Assembly: GCA_965243025.1 (NCBI GenBank)
Contig: CBDETY010000003.1
Coordinates: 3,488,001-3,552,000, forward strand
Length of the DNA: 64,000 nucleotides
DNA from: Candidatus Latescibacterota bacterium
GTDB taxonomy: Bacteria > Latescibacterota > UBA2968 > UBA8231
Direction: 5' to 3'
Position numbers and translations under genes: made by a program
Notes under the pieces: generated by a model
Seen by the model: the letters and a program-made list of their open reading frames with translations, nothing else
The model's database searches: none
What the model was told of the DNA's origin: nothing
Shown here: positions 46,758 through 58,828 of the stretch, in pieces
Layout: every line of letters begins with the position of its first letter
Position numbering within the stretch: the first letter of the stretch is position 1

Positions 46758-47600
46758 ATGTCCCCTGAGCTGGCTGCCGAACCTGAAGTTTCCTCCGAAC
46801 CTGCAGGGCTTCCAGGTGCTCCGCCTGCAAAGCGGGTGGGGCGGATCATCGCCGTGGCCAACCAGAAAGGAGGCGTCGGCAAGACGACGACGGCTGTGAA
46901 CCTCGCCGCCTGCCTCGCGGTTGCCGAACAGCCGACACTTCTCGTCGACATGGATCCGCAGGCCAACGCGACCAGCGGCTGCGGGGTGGAACCACGCGAG
47001 GTCGAGGGCGCCAACGTATATCACGCCCTGCTCGGCCATCAGTCTGTCAGGGACGTCGTGCGCCCGACGCAGATTTCCCACCTGTCCCTCGTCCCGTCGC
47101 ACATGAACCTGACAGGTGCCGAGGTCGAGATGGTCAGCATGATCGCGCGCGAGCAGAAGCTGCAGACCGCGCTCGCCGAGCTGCAGCAGGAGTACTCCTA
47201 CATCATTCTCGACTGCCCGCCGTCCCTGGGGCTGCTGACTCTCAACTCCCTGACCGCAGCCCACTCCGTTCTCATTCCGATCCAGTGCGAGTACTTCGCC
47301 CTCGAGGGGCTCGGCAAGCTGCTGAATACCATCCGACTGATTCAGCGCCACCTCAACACCGGGCTGCAGATAGCCGGCGTCCTGCTGACCATGTTCGACT
47401 CCCGCCTGAACCTCTCGCGGCAGGTCGCCGACGAGGTTCGTTCCTATTTCGGGGCGAAGGTCTACCGGACCGCGATTACGCGAAACGTGCGCCTGGCCGA
47501 AGCGCCCGGGCACGGACAGCCGATCGTTCTTTACGACATCGTTTCTCCCGGGGCCCAGAACTACATGAGCCTCGCCGGAGAAATCATTCGACATGGCTAA
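46758..47600 (+). CDS. parA: ParA/Soj chromosome-partitioning ATPase
   Basis: ATG 46758 after GGGAG. Motifs NQKGGVGKTTT, DMDPQANAT, DCPPSLG, PIQCEYFALEG and RNVRLAEAP. Confidence 0.95.
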   Translation: MSPELAAEPEVSSEPAGLPGAPPAKRVGRIIAVANQKGGVGKTTTAVNLAACLAVAEQPTLLVDMDPQANATSGCGVEPREVEGANVYHALLGHQSVRDVVRPTQISHLSLVPSHMNLTGAEVEMVSMIAREQKLQTALAELQQEYSYIILDCPPSLGLLTLNSLTAAHSVLIPIQCEYFALEGLGKLLNTIRLIQRHLNTGLQIAGVLLTMFDSRLNLSRQVADEVRSYFGAKVYRTAITRNVRLAEAPGHGQPIVLYDIVSPGAQNYMSLAGEIIRHG

Positions 47601-48465
47601 GAAGCAGGTGTTGGGAAAAGGCATCCACGCCCTGATCCCCGAATACGGAGAGGCAGGCGCCGAAGGGGACGTCCGGGTCGTTCTGCTTCCCATCGACGAC
47701 ATCGAACCGAACCCCCACCAGCCGCGCCTCGATTTCGACGAGGAGAGCCTGCGCGGCCTGATGCGCTCCATCCAGGAGAAGGGGGTCATCCAGCCCGTCT
47801 CGGTGAACCGTTCCGGCGAGGGGTACCACCTGATCGCCGGGGAACGCCGCTGGCGCGCCGCCAGGATGGCCGGCCTGGAGACGATTCCCGCCATCGTGAA
47901 CGAGATCGACTCCGCCGAGGAGTTGATGGAGCTCTCGCTCATCGAGAACATCCAGCGCGAAGATCTCAATCCGATCGAAGAGGCCCAGGGATACCGCGAG
48001 CTGATGGACACCTGCCTGCTGACCCAGGAGGATATCGCCCGCAAAGTCGGCCGCGACCGCTCGTCCATCGCCAACACCGTACGGCTTCTGAAGCTGCCCG
48101 AGGAGCTGCAGAATTTCCTGCGTTCCGGCCAGTTGCAGATGGGGCACGCCCGGGCCCTGATCCCCCTCGAGCGCGACGACGCCCTCAAGCTCGGACGCCT
48201 CGCCGTCTCCCAGGGCATGACCGTCCGCGATCTCGAGAGCGCCGCCCGCAAGGCCGGTTCCGGACGGCGCCGGCGCCGCGAGCCGGCTGTCAACGGCGAA
48301 CAGCCCGCCGATCCCTTGCTCTCGGCGTACGAAGAGCGGCTTCGCCACTTCTTCGCGACCTCCGTTGGCATCCGGCGCAGCTCGAAGAAGGGGCGCATCG
48401 AAATCGAGTTCTACGACGACGGAGATCTCGAGCGCATCCTCGAGCTGCTCCTGCGCGACGAGTAG
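47593..48465 (+). CDS. parB: ParB/Spo0J partition protein
   Basis: LGKGIHAL, PNPHQPR, IAGERRWRA, ENIQREDLNPIEEA and the HTH TQEDIARKVGRDRSSIANTVRLL. Confidence 0.95.
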   Translation: MAKKQVLGKGIHALIPEYGEAGAEGDVRVVLLPIDDIEPNPHQPRLDFDEESLRGLMRSIQEKGVIQPVSVNRSGEGYHLIAGERRWRAARMAGLETIPAIVNEIDSAEELMELSLIENIQREDLNPIEEAQGYRELMDTCLLTQEDIARKVGRDRSSIANTVRLLKLPEELQNFLRSGQLQMGHARALIPLERDDALKLGRLAVSQGMTVRDLESAARKAGSGRRRRREPAVNGEQPADPLLSAYEERLRHFFATSVGIRRSSKKGRIEIEFYDDGDLERILELLLRDE

Positions 48466-49784
48466 TGCCCGGCGGCCTTCCTCCGCACCGTCTCACCTCC
48501 GGCTGCCAGTTGCCCGCAAGCCTGGGGATGGTGTTGTGGGGAGCTGTTTCCTGCAGCCTCCTCCACCAGGAGCTGCCCAACGAACCCCCGGCCCTCCAGG
48601 TGAGTTCCGCCGACACCACCCGCGTCCGTCGCGGCGGGTCGGTTTCGCTGGAAGTCCGGGCTTCCGACCAGGACGACGATCCGCTGCTGTACTCCTGGAA
48701 CGATTCGGGTGCCGGCAGTTTCAGCGACACCACGAGCCCCGCAACCATCTGGACCGCCCCCCTTTCCATTCAGGGCGGCTCCGAGTTCTTCCGGGTTTCG
48801 GCGACGATCAGCGACCGCCAGCCCGAAACCGATGACATTATCGAGACGTTTCTCATCGAGGTGATCCAGTCTCCTCCCCTGTTGCGGGGGACGGCGACCG
48901 ATACCCTGGTCTCATTCCGGGAGCAGGTAGTGGTTCTCGAGGCAATCGCCGAGGACGAGGAGGGCGATCCCTTGACGTTTGGCTGGCAGCTTGCTGAAGG
49001 ATCCCCCCAAGCCCTGCTCCAGGGCGGAGGGAGGCAGGCGAACTTCATCCCGCTGTTCCCGGAGACCTATACGGTCCTCCTCGAAGTGACCGATGGCGCC
49101 GACACCGTGCGGTCGGAGATTCTGTTGCAGGTAACGGTTCCCGAATTGCCGGAAACCGGCATGGCGGCCCTCGAACTGACGGACGAAGACGGCGCCGCCA
49201 TCCCCTACCAGATCGACCTTTACGAATACCCGAATCGGAAAGGAGAACAGCCGCTGTTGACGAATTCCTGGTTCGAAGCGGCCCGCCTGTGCGCCGATCA
49301 GGGGAAACGGCTCTGCTCTTCGGCGGAGTGGGAGCACGCCTGCAGGGGCCCGGAGGGCCTGTTGTTTTCTTCGACCGACGTGCGGGAGAACCTTCCCGAA
49401 AACTTCGGGCGTCGCTACTGCAACACCGCCGGGTCGGCTACCGCGGGGGATTCACCGGGATTCGAGGACGTCGCTCCCTCCGGTCATTTCCCGAATTGCA
49501 GCAGCTCTGCCGGTGTCTACGACCTCATCGGCAACGCCTTCGAATGGACCATGGATCTCACTGCCCTGTCGGAGCGGCAGGGGAATTTCAGGCTCAGCGG
49601 GGTCGCCACTGATTTCGCTGACTGTACGAATTCAAGCGCGGGCTTCGAGCCTATTCCCGCTGCCGGCGATTTCGACATCTACTCCGAAACGGAGATCGAG
49701 AAGCTGATGCAGGACCGGATCTTCTCCCCCTACGTCCGTGAGGATGGACTGCAACTCGGTTTCCGCTGCTGCCGCGGAGGGTAG
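48465..49784 (+). CDS. Putative lipoprotein with two PKD/Ig-like domains and a C-terminal FGE/SUMF1-like domain
   Basis: Possible lipobox GAVS-C. Repeats ASDQDDDPLLYSW and AEDEEGDPLTFGW are followed by IDLYEYPN, GKRLCSSAEWEHAC, GVYDLIGNAFEW and LGFRCC. The exact start is uncertain. Confidence 0.75.
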   Translation: MPGGLPPHRLTSGCQLPASLGMVLWGAVSCSLLHQELPNEPPALQVSSADTTRVRRGGSVSLEVRASDQDDDPLLYSWNDSGAGSFSDTTSPATIWTAPLSIQGGSEFFRVSATISDRQPETDDIIETFLIEVIQSPPLLRGTATDTLVSFREQVVVLEAIAEDEEGDPLTFGWQLAEGSPQALLQGGGRQANFIPLFPETYTVLLEVTDGADTVRSEILLQVTVPELPETGMAALELTDEDGAAIPYQIDLYEYPNRKGEQPLLTNSWFEAARLCADQGKRLCSSAEWEHACRGPEGLLFSSTDVRENLPENFGRRYCNTAGSATAGDSPGFEDVAPSGHFPNCSSSAGVYDLIGNAFEWTMDLTALSERQGNFRLSGVATDFADCTNSSAGFEPIPAAGDFDIYSETEIEKLMQDRIFSPYVREDGLQLGFRCCRGG

Positions 49785-49961
49785 CAGGGAGCGGGCCGGG
49801 CCTTGCATCCCCCGGGCAAGTTCCCCGGGTCCATTTCCCCGCAGCCCTTTCCCGCGAATGCGAAAGAAACCCGAATTCCGCCGATGCCCTGCTCCTGCCG
49901 TTCCCCCCGCCTGCCCATGGTCATTCCATTCGGGCATGCTCTTCCTGCCTCCTGAAGGGCG

Positions 49962-50741
49962 ATGAACGCCGATCTGCTCCGCCAGCTTCTCGATGATGTC
50001 GCCGCGGGCCGGGCAAGCCCTGGCGAAGCGCTTTCGCGGTTGCGGGACCTTCCCTTCGAGGAGGTCGGCGGGTTCGCCCATGTCGATCACCACCGGGCCC
50101 TTCGCCGCGGCTTTCCCGAAACCATCTTCTGCGAGGGAAAGACCGCGGACCAGGTGCTGGAAATTGCCGCACGCATCCTGGCGAAGCGGGCGGTTGTCCT
50201 GGCGACCCGGGTCGACGGCGACCTGGCGCGGGCCATGGCCGAGCGCTTCGACGACGCCGAGGTCGACGCCACGGCCCGCACCGTGGTGGTGCGTCCGCCC
50301 GGGGACCAACCGCTTCCGGAAAAAGGGCTCGTCCTGGTGGTGTCTGCAGGGACTTCCGACATACCGGTCGCCCGCGAAGCCGCGGTGACCGCCTCTGTCA
50401 TGGGGGCCCGCGTCGAGACGATTTTCGACGTCGGCGTCGCCGGCATCCACAGGCTGCTCACCCACGCCGGACGCCTGCGGGAAGCCGAGGTGATCGTCGT
50501 TGCCGCCGGCATGGAAGGCGCGCTGGCCAGCGTCGTCGGCGGGCTGGTGGAGACTCCGGTGATCGCGGTGCCGACGAGCATCGGCTACGGCGCCAGTTTC
50601 CAGGGACTCGCCGCCCTGCTGACGATGCTCAACTCCTGTGCTTCCGGGGTCCTCGTGGTCAACATCGACAACGGCTACGGCGCCGGGTACGCCGCGGCCC
50701 TCATCAACCAGCGATCCTCGAGCCCGGACCGAGGTGGGTGA
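49962..50741 (+). CDS. larB: Nickel-pincer cofactor biosynthesis protein LarB
   Basis: DHHRALRRGFPETIFCEGK, SAGTSDIPVARE, DVGVAGIHR, AGMEGAL, PTSIGYGA and NSCASGV..VNIDNGYGA. Confidence 0.93.
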   Translation: MNADLLRQLLDDVAAGRASPGEALSRLRDLPFEEVGGFAHVDHHRALRRGFPETIFCEGKTADQVLEIAARILAKRAVVLATRVDGDLARAMAERFDDAEVDATARTVVVRPPGDQPLPEKGLVLVVSAGTSDIPVAREAAVTASVMGARVETIFDVGVAGIHRLLTHAGRLREAEVIVVAAGMEGALASVVGGLVETPVIAVPTSIGYGASFQGLAALLTMLNSCASGVLVVNIDNGYGAGYAAALINQRSSSPDRGG

Positions 50742-51402
50742 GAACCGCCCCGCCGCCGCGACCGTGGCCGTCCTGGCCGGAGGGCGCAGCCGCAGGATGG
50801 GCGGCGGCGAGAAAGCCCTGATCCGGCTCGGGGGCGCCACCCTGCTCGAACGGGTCCTGACCGCGGCGCGGCCCCTCGGCCTGCCGGTCCGTGTCGTCGC
50901 CGGAACCGCCCCGTCGCCGCAGCTGCGCGCCGCCGCCGCGGCTGGATCCGACCTTGGGATCGCCGGCGACCGATACCCCGGCCAGGGGCCCCTCGGGGGC
51001 ATTCTCACCGCATTCGAGGTCGACTCGCCGGAGCGGGTCCTCGCCCTCGCCTGCGACCTTCCGTTTCTCACCCCCCCGCTGCTCGAGTTCCTGCTCGAGC
51101 AGTCCCAGGCCGATTGCGACGCCGCGGTTCCCGAGGACCGCACCGGCCTGCAGCCCCTGTGCGCGGTGTACCGCGAAACCTCCCGGCCGCTCCTGCACCG
51201 GTCGCTGGCCGGGGGAAAACTCGGGGTCGGCGCCTTCGCCCGCAGCCTGCGGCTGCGCCTGCTTGGGCCAGGAGATTACGCCCACCTCGACCCTTACGGC
51301 ATGGCCTTCGCCAACGTCAACACGCCGGAAGACCTGGCCGCGGCCGAGCGGTTCCTTGGACGAACGAAGCCGCAGGCGCCCGGGGAAGGGCTCAGAAGCT
51401 GA
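50734..51402 (+). CDS. mobA: MobA-like molybdenum cofactor guanylyltransferase (NTP transferase)
   Basis: The likely GTG 50734 overlaps the larB end. Motifs LAGGRSRRMG..KA, GPLGGI, LACDLP, QPLCAVY and NVNTPED. Confidence 0.8.
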   Translation: MGENRPAAATVAVLAGGRSRRMGGGEKALIRLGGATLLERVLTAARPLGLPVRVVAGTAPSPQLRAAAAAGSDLGIAGDRYPGQGPLGGILTAFEVDSPERVLALACDLPFLTPPLLEFLLEQSQADCDAAVPEDRTGLQPLCAVYRETSRPLLHRSLAGGKLGVGAFARSLRLRLLGPGDYAHLDPYGMAFANVNTPEDLAAAERFLGRTKPQAPGEGLRS

Positions 51403-52285
51403 CGTCGACGACGGTCAGCAACAGCAGCAGCGGCAGATAGAGCACCGAGGCGCGCAGCAACCGCCGCGCCTCGATGGTGGAGCGGGTGACGTTCAGGGCC
51501 ACCGCCGACGCCAGCATTCCGAGACCGAGGATGAGGGCGCCGGAGAGATACAGCGATCCCGAAAGCCCGAGAAGCACCGGGACGGTGGAGGAGGCGATCA
51601 GCAGGACGGAGAAGGCGACGATGTGCCGGCAGGTCCGCCTGCCGTCCTTCTCGAGGACGGGCAGCATCTTGAAGCCGGCGCGGGCGTAGTCATCCCTGAA
51701 GATCCAGGCGATGGCGTAGAAATGCGGGTGCTGCCAGGCGAACAGGATGGCGAACAGCGCCCAGGCTCCCGGCTCGAGCTCGCCGGCCGCCGCGGTCCAT
51801 CCCCCGACAGGCGGCAGGGCCCCGGGAATCGAGCCCAGCGAGGTGTTCAGCCAGGTCAGCCGTTTCATCGGCGTGTAGATCACGACGTAGAGGAAAGCGG
51901 TCAGCAGAGCGAGAAAGGCGGTAAGCAGGTTGACGGTGTTGATCAGGATGACCAGCCCGGCGAGAATCAGGCACAGGCCGTACGACACGGCCGCCGCCGG
52001 GGTGATCACCCCCAGTGGAAGCGGGCGCGACCGGGTGCGCCGCATCGAGCGGTCTATCTCGCGCTCGAAGTAGTGGTTGAGGACCGCCGAGCCTCCCGCT
52101 GTCAGCGCCGTGCCTAGCAGGGTCAGGGCCAGGAGGGAGGAGGAGTGAATGCCGCGGCCGCCGAGAAAGAAACCGAGGGCGGTCGTCACCAGGACGAGCA
52201 TCGTAATGCGCGGCTTGGTGAGCTCGAGATAGGCTGCGAAACGCTGCAAGGATCTACTTCCGGAATCTGGTTGTTGCGGAGGCAA
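51392..52285 (-). CDS. cyoE: Heme o synthase (protoheme IX farnesyltransferase)
   Basis: LELTKPRI, NHYFEREIDRSMRRTRSRPLP, YTPMKR, GALPPVGGW and WQHPHFYAIAW..DDY. Confidence 0.93.
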   Translation of the reverse strand: MPPQQPDSGSRSLQRFAAYLELTKPRITMLVLVTTALGFFLGGRGIHSSSLLALTLLGTALTAGGSAVLNHYFEREIDRSMRRTRSRPLPLGVITPAAAVSYGLCLILAGLVILINTVNLLTAFLALLTAFLYVVIYTPMKRLTWLNTSLGSIPGALPPVGGWTAAAGELEPGAWALFAILFAWQHPHFYAIAWIFRDDYARAGFKMLPVLEKDGRRTCRHIVAFSVLLIASSTVPVLLGLSGSLYLSGALILGLGMLASAVALNVTRSTIEARRLLRASVLYLPLLLLLTVVDVSF

Positions 52286-52315
52286 ACTTGAACCGGTTGA
52301 AGCGAAGCAGCATAG

Positions 52316-54484
<2,169 letters not shown>

Positions 54485-54568
54485 TCTCTTCGGTCTTCGT
54501 ACCTCTGCCTCGCGGGGAACAGGAACAGGACGCGGCCGCCCGTTCAGGGGGAACCGCGGGACGGGCTC

Positions 54569-56011
54569 TCAGAGAGAGTCGAAGCGCCACCGATCCAGGG
54601 GCACCATGGTCTCGCAGTCCACCTCCACGCCGACGCCGAGTCCGGGGACCTGGAGCGAGCGCAGATCGATACGGCCGCCGCGGATGTCCAGCCGCGTCAT
54701 CCCCCCCTCCCGGCGATACAGCCCGGCGTGCACCTCCTCGCAGCCGGTCCTCTCCGCTTCGCTGAGGTGGTCGAGGCCGCGCACGTAGTGGTGGCCGTTG
54801 CGCTCGACATGGCCGATGCCGAGCGCCGCCACCTGCGCCAGGTCCTGATGAAGCGGCACCACCGGAAGATTCATCAGGTCTTCGGCCGTCATCATGAAGG
54901 GGGCGCCGGAATCCGCGCCGAGCTTGAGGGTCAGGGCCCGGTTGGCGACCGCCTTGATCAGGCCCTTGCAGTTCTTCGCCGAGACCCCGGAGTATCCGAC
55001 TTCGGCTGCGCGCGCAAAAGAGTCGAGGGCGTCGTCGGACTCGTCGATGACGACCGGTTTCAGTGCGGAAAGCGCGCGGATGCCTTCCGCGAGATCCCCA
55101 TCCAGGGCGCGGCCGCGGTCGAGGGGCTGCTCGATGTAGATGACCGACTCGTACAGCCTCCGCAGCCGGTGGTCGCCGCGCATCCCCCTCAGCAGCTCAA
55201 GCAGCTCATCCGGTTTTTCGTACTGCTCGTTGCCATCCAGCGACACGGAGTACCGCCGGTCTCCGGCGAGCACCTCGGCGATCCGCCGCAGGCGCTCGAG
55301 GTCGCTGTCGAGAACCCCGCCGAGCTTGACCTTCAGGTAGCGGATCCCCTCCTCGATGTATTCCTCCAGGGCCTGCGGAAGCCCGTCGTCCAGGCGCTCA
55401 TCCGCGGGTATCTCGCCGGTGCGTATAGGATCGGCCATGCCGACGGTATGGCGGACCGCGGCGAATTCCAGGGGCTTTTCGGGGACCGCCCGGGAAACGG
55501 AGATTCCCCGCAGTTCCCCGTGCAGGGCGGACAGCTCGATCCCGAGGGCATCACTCCGGAGGAGCTGGTGGTAGGGCAGGCCCCGCGCCCTGCCGATGGC
55601 GTCGATCAGGGCTCTCTCGAAGAGGCTGCTGCCGTGTCCGGCGGTGAGCCGGTTGAGCCCGGCGGCGCGCCCCGCCTCCAGGGTTCCCTCGTACCCGTCG
55701 CGCCAGACATCGAAAAGCGAGCGGGGGCGACGGCTTGCTACGCGGTAGGCCTTCTCCGCCGCCCGCGCCATCGCGATCAGGTCGGCGACGTTCTCCCCGT
55801 ACTCCTTTGCCGGATCCTTGTCGAACCACTTCGGAGGCAGGATGTCGGCCGCCCAGCCGCGCGCCGGCGTGCTGTCGCCAAGCTCCGCGGTGACACCCAC
55901 GTGAAGGATCGGCACCGAGACGAGGGTGGCCGCGCCGTACCGGAACGGCATACGGGTGCGCACGTTGCGCATGTAGAAGCGCGCCTCCTTGAGAGCGACC
56001 GCCTCGGCCAT
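54569..56011 (-). CDS. Divergent enolase-superfamily protein (MLE-like KxK motif)
   Basis: Start ATG 56011. Motifs RTRMPFRYG, YLKVKLGG, LDGNE, YIEQP, IDESD and AKNCKG. Confidence 0.7.
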   Translation of the reverse strand: MAEAVALKEARFYMRNVRTRMPFRYGAATLVSVPILHVGVTAELGDSTPARGWAADILPPKWFDKDPAKEYGENVADLIAMARAAEKAYRVASRRPRSLFDVWRDGYEGTLEAGRAAGLNRLTAGHGSSLFERALIDAIGRARGLPYHQLLRSDALGIELSALHGELRGISVSRAVPEKPLEFAAVRHTVGMADPIRTGEIPADERLDDGLPQALEEYIEEGIRYLKVKLGGVLDSDLERLRRIAEVLAGDRRYSVSLDGNEQYEKPDELLELLRGMRGDHRLRRLYESVIYIEQPLDRGRALDGDLAEGIRALSALKPVVIDESDDALDSFARAAEVGYSGVSAKNCKGLIKAVANRALTLKLGADSGAPFMMTAEDLMNLPVVPLHQDLAQVAALGIGHVERNGHHYVRGLDHLSEAERTGCEEVHAGLYRREGGMTRLDIRGGRIDLRSLQVPGLGVGVEVDCETMVPLDRWRFDSL

Positions 56012-56024
56012 GGAAAGCGCTTCC

Positions 56025-57410
56025 TCAGGCTGCGGGTTGCGGCAGGTCCCGGCCCATGCGGTCGAGGCCGTACCCGAAGCCGGCACCGCGGACCGACGTG
56101 ATGTCGATCTCGCCAGCGCGCCGCCGGTAGACGCCTGGATGCACCGCGGCCTCCGGGTTCGAGGCCTCCGGGTAAAACTGCATGCTGTTGGTCTCGACCC
56201 CCATGATGGTCCCGGCGTGAGCCGCCAGCAGGGCGTGTGGTATCTGGGCGAGCATCGGGTTGGTGAGATCCTGGACCATAAGGGCCATTCCGTGCGCCCG
56301 GGCCCAGCACAGGCTCAGCAGCGCCCCGGTCTGCGTCTTGCAGGTCTTCAGGGCCACTCCCGTCCAACCCAGCTCCCTGCCGCGGCGGACGAGGCGCCAG
56401 TCGTGGGCGCTTTCGTCCATGAACAGGGGCTTGCGCGCGGCGACGCCGTGCACGTCGATGGGGTGCTCCTCGAGATCGTACGGGAACGGCTGCTCGACGT
56501 AGAGAATCATGCCGTAGGTGCGCGGGTGCTCCACCATCAGTCTGTCGAGGATCCCGTTGACGTACTCGGGGTCGCTGACCGTGCAGTTGAAGTCAGCGGA
56601 TAGCCAGAGCGCCCCGCAATCGACGGCTGTCTCACCGACCTTGCGCAGGCGCTCGTAGTCCCAGGCCTCGTCGTTGCCGCGCAGCTTGACCTTCAGGCAG
56701 GTCAGCCCGTCGGTGCGTATCCAGTCCCTGAGCAGTACCGGGTAGCCGTCATCCGGTTCGTCCCCGTTGAGCTCCGACCTGTCCAGCGGATCGAGGCCGC
56801 CGACGAGATGCCAGGCCGGCAGGCGGTTCCGCCGCGGCCGCAGAAAGTCCGCCGGCCAGGTGCCGGCGAAGTCAACACCGGGTGCAGCCGGCTCGAGGAA
56901 AGCGCCGAGGTCGCGGTTCATGAACCCGCCGCGGTAGGTCTCGTAGGAAGGCAGGTCGTGCAGCTTTCCGTAGGCGTCGTGAAGGGCGATGTCGAAGGGT
57001 GAACAGCATACCAGGGCGGCGAGATACGGCAGCTGCTCATCGCGCCCGCGGTTGTGCCTTGCCAGCGCCTTTTGCAGCCCCTCCTCCTGGAAGCGGTGAC
57101 CGATTTCGAGGGGGTGGCCCGAGGCCTGGTAACGCGACCACTCGGAGGCCAGATCGATGCAGAAGCTCTTCAGGGACTGGTGGCGCTCCTCGTACCCCAG
57201 GCGGTCGCTCGGCCAGACCCACTGCACGCTCAGCGGCGTCTCACCCCAGCCGACAGCGGTCTCCCCCCCGGAGCCGGCCACCTCGACCGCCGCCCGCGCG
57301 CAGGTGACGTGGGTCAGGGTCTCGGGGCCGAACTTCAGGGGAACCCGCGTCTCCACCGGCAGGAAATACAGGGATGCCGCCGTTACGCGGGCATCGCGAG
57401 GGTTCGGCAT
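56025..57410 (-). CDS. Divergent enolase-superfamily protein, paralog of the downstream gene
   Basis: The real start is ATG 57410; the ORF-track extension overlaps argH. Motifs TRVPLKFG, GWGETPL, FDIALHDAYG, CLKVKLRG, ADFN, YVEQP, MDES and LKTCKT. Confidence 0.75.
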   Translation of the reverse strand: MPNPRDARVTAASLYFLPVETRVPLKFGPETLTHVTCARAAVEVAGSGGETAVGWGETPLSVQWVWPSDRLGYEERHQSLKSFCIDLASEWSRYQASGHPLEIGHRFQEEGLQKALARHNRGRDEQLPYLAALVCCSPFDIALHDAYGKLHDLPSYETYRGGFMNRDLGAFLEPAAPGVDFAGTWPADFLRPRRNRLPAWHLVGGLDPLDRSELNGDEPDDGYPVLLRDWIRTDGLTCLKVKLRGNDEAWDYERLRKVGETAVDCGALWLSADFNCTVSDPEYVNGILDRLMVEHPRTYGMILYVEQPFPYDLEEHPIDVHGVAARKPLFMDESAHDWRLVRRGRELGWTGVALKTCKTQTGALLSLCWARAHGMALMVQDLTNPMLAQIPHALLAAHAGTIMGVETNSMQFYPEASNPEAAVHPGVYRRRAGEIDITSVRGAGFGYGLDRMGRDLPQPAA

Positions 57411-57415
57411 GCGTT

Positions 57416-58813
57416 TCAGACCGGGTCCGTCCCGGCGAGCCGGGCCCGCGCCGCCTCGAGCTGGCCGGCTACCGCCTCCGGCCCGGTTCCGCCCCGGATG
57501 TTGCGCCGGGCGAGACTGCGGCGCAGGTCGAGAACCTCGAGGGCGTCCTCCCCGAAGGCCTCCGAGTGCTTCTGCAGGGCTTCCAGCCCGAGCCCGCGCA
57601 GCCCGCAGCCCGCTTCGAGGGCAATGCGCACCACACCCCCGACGACGCGATGGGCCTCGCGAAAGGGGATCCCCTTGCCGGCGAGGTAGTCGGCGAGGTC
57701 GGTCGCCAGTACGGTGTCGTCGACCGCCTCCTCCATGCGCCCGGGGTGGATCTTCATCGTCGACCAGGCCGCGGTGAACACCTCGAGGCAGTCCGCCGCT
57801 GTCTCGAACGAATCGAAAATGGGCTCCTTGTCCTCCTGCAGGTCCTTGGAGTAAGTGAGGGCCAATCCCTTCATCGTCGTCAGCAGCGCCAGAAGATTGC
57901 CGTACACCCTTCCTGTCTTTCCGCGGATCAACTCGAGGGAGTCGGGGTTCTTCTTCTGGGGCATCATGCTCGACCCTGTGGCGTACGCTTCGTCGAGCTC
58001 GACGAAGCCGAACTCGGCCGAAGCCCAGATCACCAGGTCCTCGCAGAACCGGCTCAGATGCATCATCAGAATCGCCAGCGCCCCCAGCGCCTCGAGCAGG
58101 AAGTCGCGGTCGCTGACCGCATCGATGCTGTTCTCGCTGACCCGGCTGAACCCGAGCTCCCGCGCCATGAACTCCCTGTCGAGCCGGAAGGCGCTGCCGG
58201 CGAGGGCCCCGGAACCGAGCGGGAGCACGTCGGCCCGCGCGGCCGCGTCCCGCAGGCGCCCGCGGTCGCGGTCGAGCATCCAGAACAGGGAGAGGGCGTA
58301 ATGGCTGAACAGAATCGGCTGCGCCTGCTGCAGATGGGTGTATCCCGGCAGAACGACCGTCTCGCAGTCCTCCGCGGTCCTCACCAGGGTTTCCTGCAGC
58401 CTGGAGACCCTGCCGAGGATCCCGGCGACCGCCCCGCGCAGGTACAGACGTTCGTCGACGTTGACCTGGTCGTTGCGGCTGCGCCCGGTGTGCAGCTTGC
58501 CGGCAAGCGGTCCGATCAGGGAGGTCAGCCGCCCCTCGACAGCCATGTGGATGTCTTCGAGGCCGGGCTCGAGGTCCCCGTCGTCCGCGGCCATTTCCTC
58601 TCGCACGCGCTCGAGGCCGGAGACGATCTCGTCGCATTCGGCCGGCGTCAGCAGGGAGGCGCGGGCGAGGGCCCTGGCGTGGACGACGCTCGCGGCGACG
58701 TCGACCTCCAACAGCTTGCGGTCGAAACCGATGGAGGCGTTGAAACGCTCCATCAGCTCCGCGGTCCCCGAGCCGAAGCGTCCCCCCCAGGGTTTGTCGT
58801 GGCTGCCCGTCAT
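57416..58813 (-). CDS. argH: Argininosuccinate lyase
   Basis: WGGRF, EDIH, LHTGRSRNDQV, PGYTHLQ, TGSSMMPQKKNPD and DLQEDKE. Confidence 0.97.
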   Translation of the reverse strand: MTGSHDKPWGGRFGSGTAELMERFNASIGFDRKLLEVDVAASVVHARALARASLLTPAECDEIVSGLERVREEMAADDGDLEPGLEDIHMAVEGRLTSLIGPLAGKLHTGRSRNDQVNVDERLYLRGAVAGILGRVSRLQETLVRTAEDCETVVLPGYTHLQQAQPILFSHYALSLFWMLDRDRGRLRDAAARADVLPLGSGALAGSAFRLDREFMARELGFSRVSENSIDAVSDRDFLLEALGALAILMMHLSRFCEDLVIWASAEFGFVELDEAYATGSSMMPQKKNPDSLELIRGKTGRVYGNLLALLTTMKGLALTYSKDLQEDKEPIFDSFETAADCLEVFTAAWSTMKIHPGRMEEAVDDTVLATDLADYLAGKGIPFREAHRVVGGVVRIALEAGCGLRGLGLEALQKHSEAFGEDALEVLDLRRSLARRNIRGGTGPEAVAGQLEAARARLAGTDPV

Positions 58814-58828
58814 CGCCGAAGCAGGGGG

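Noticed and set aside
46758-48465. Plasmid/prophage partition cassette or nearby parS site
   Set aside because: ParA and ParB look like chromosomal Soj/Spo0J among housekeeping genes. I did not spot a TGTTTCACGTGAAACA-like parS by eye.
56025-58637. 870-aa ORF as a single fused protein
   Set aside because: Its first 409 codons overlap argH in another frame and are low-complexity Arg/Gly-rich. The real gene starts at 57410.
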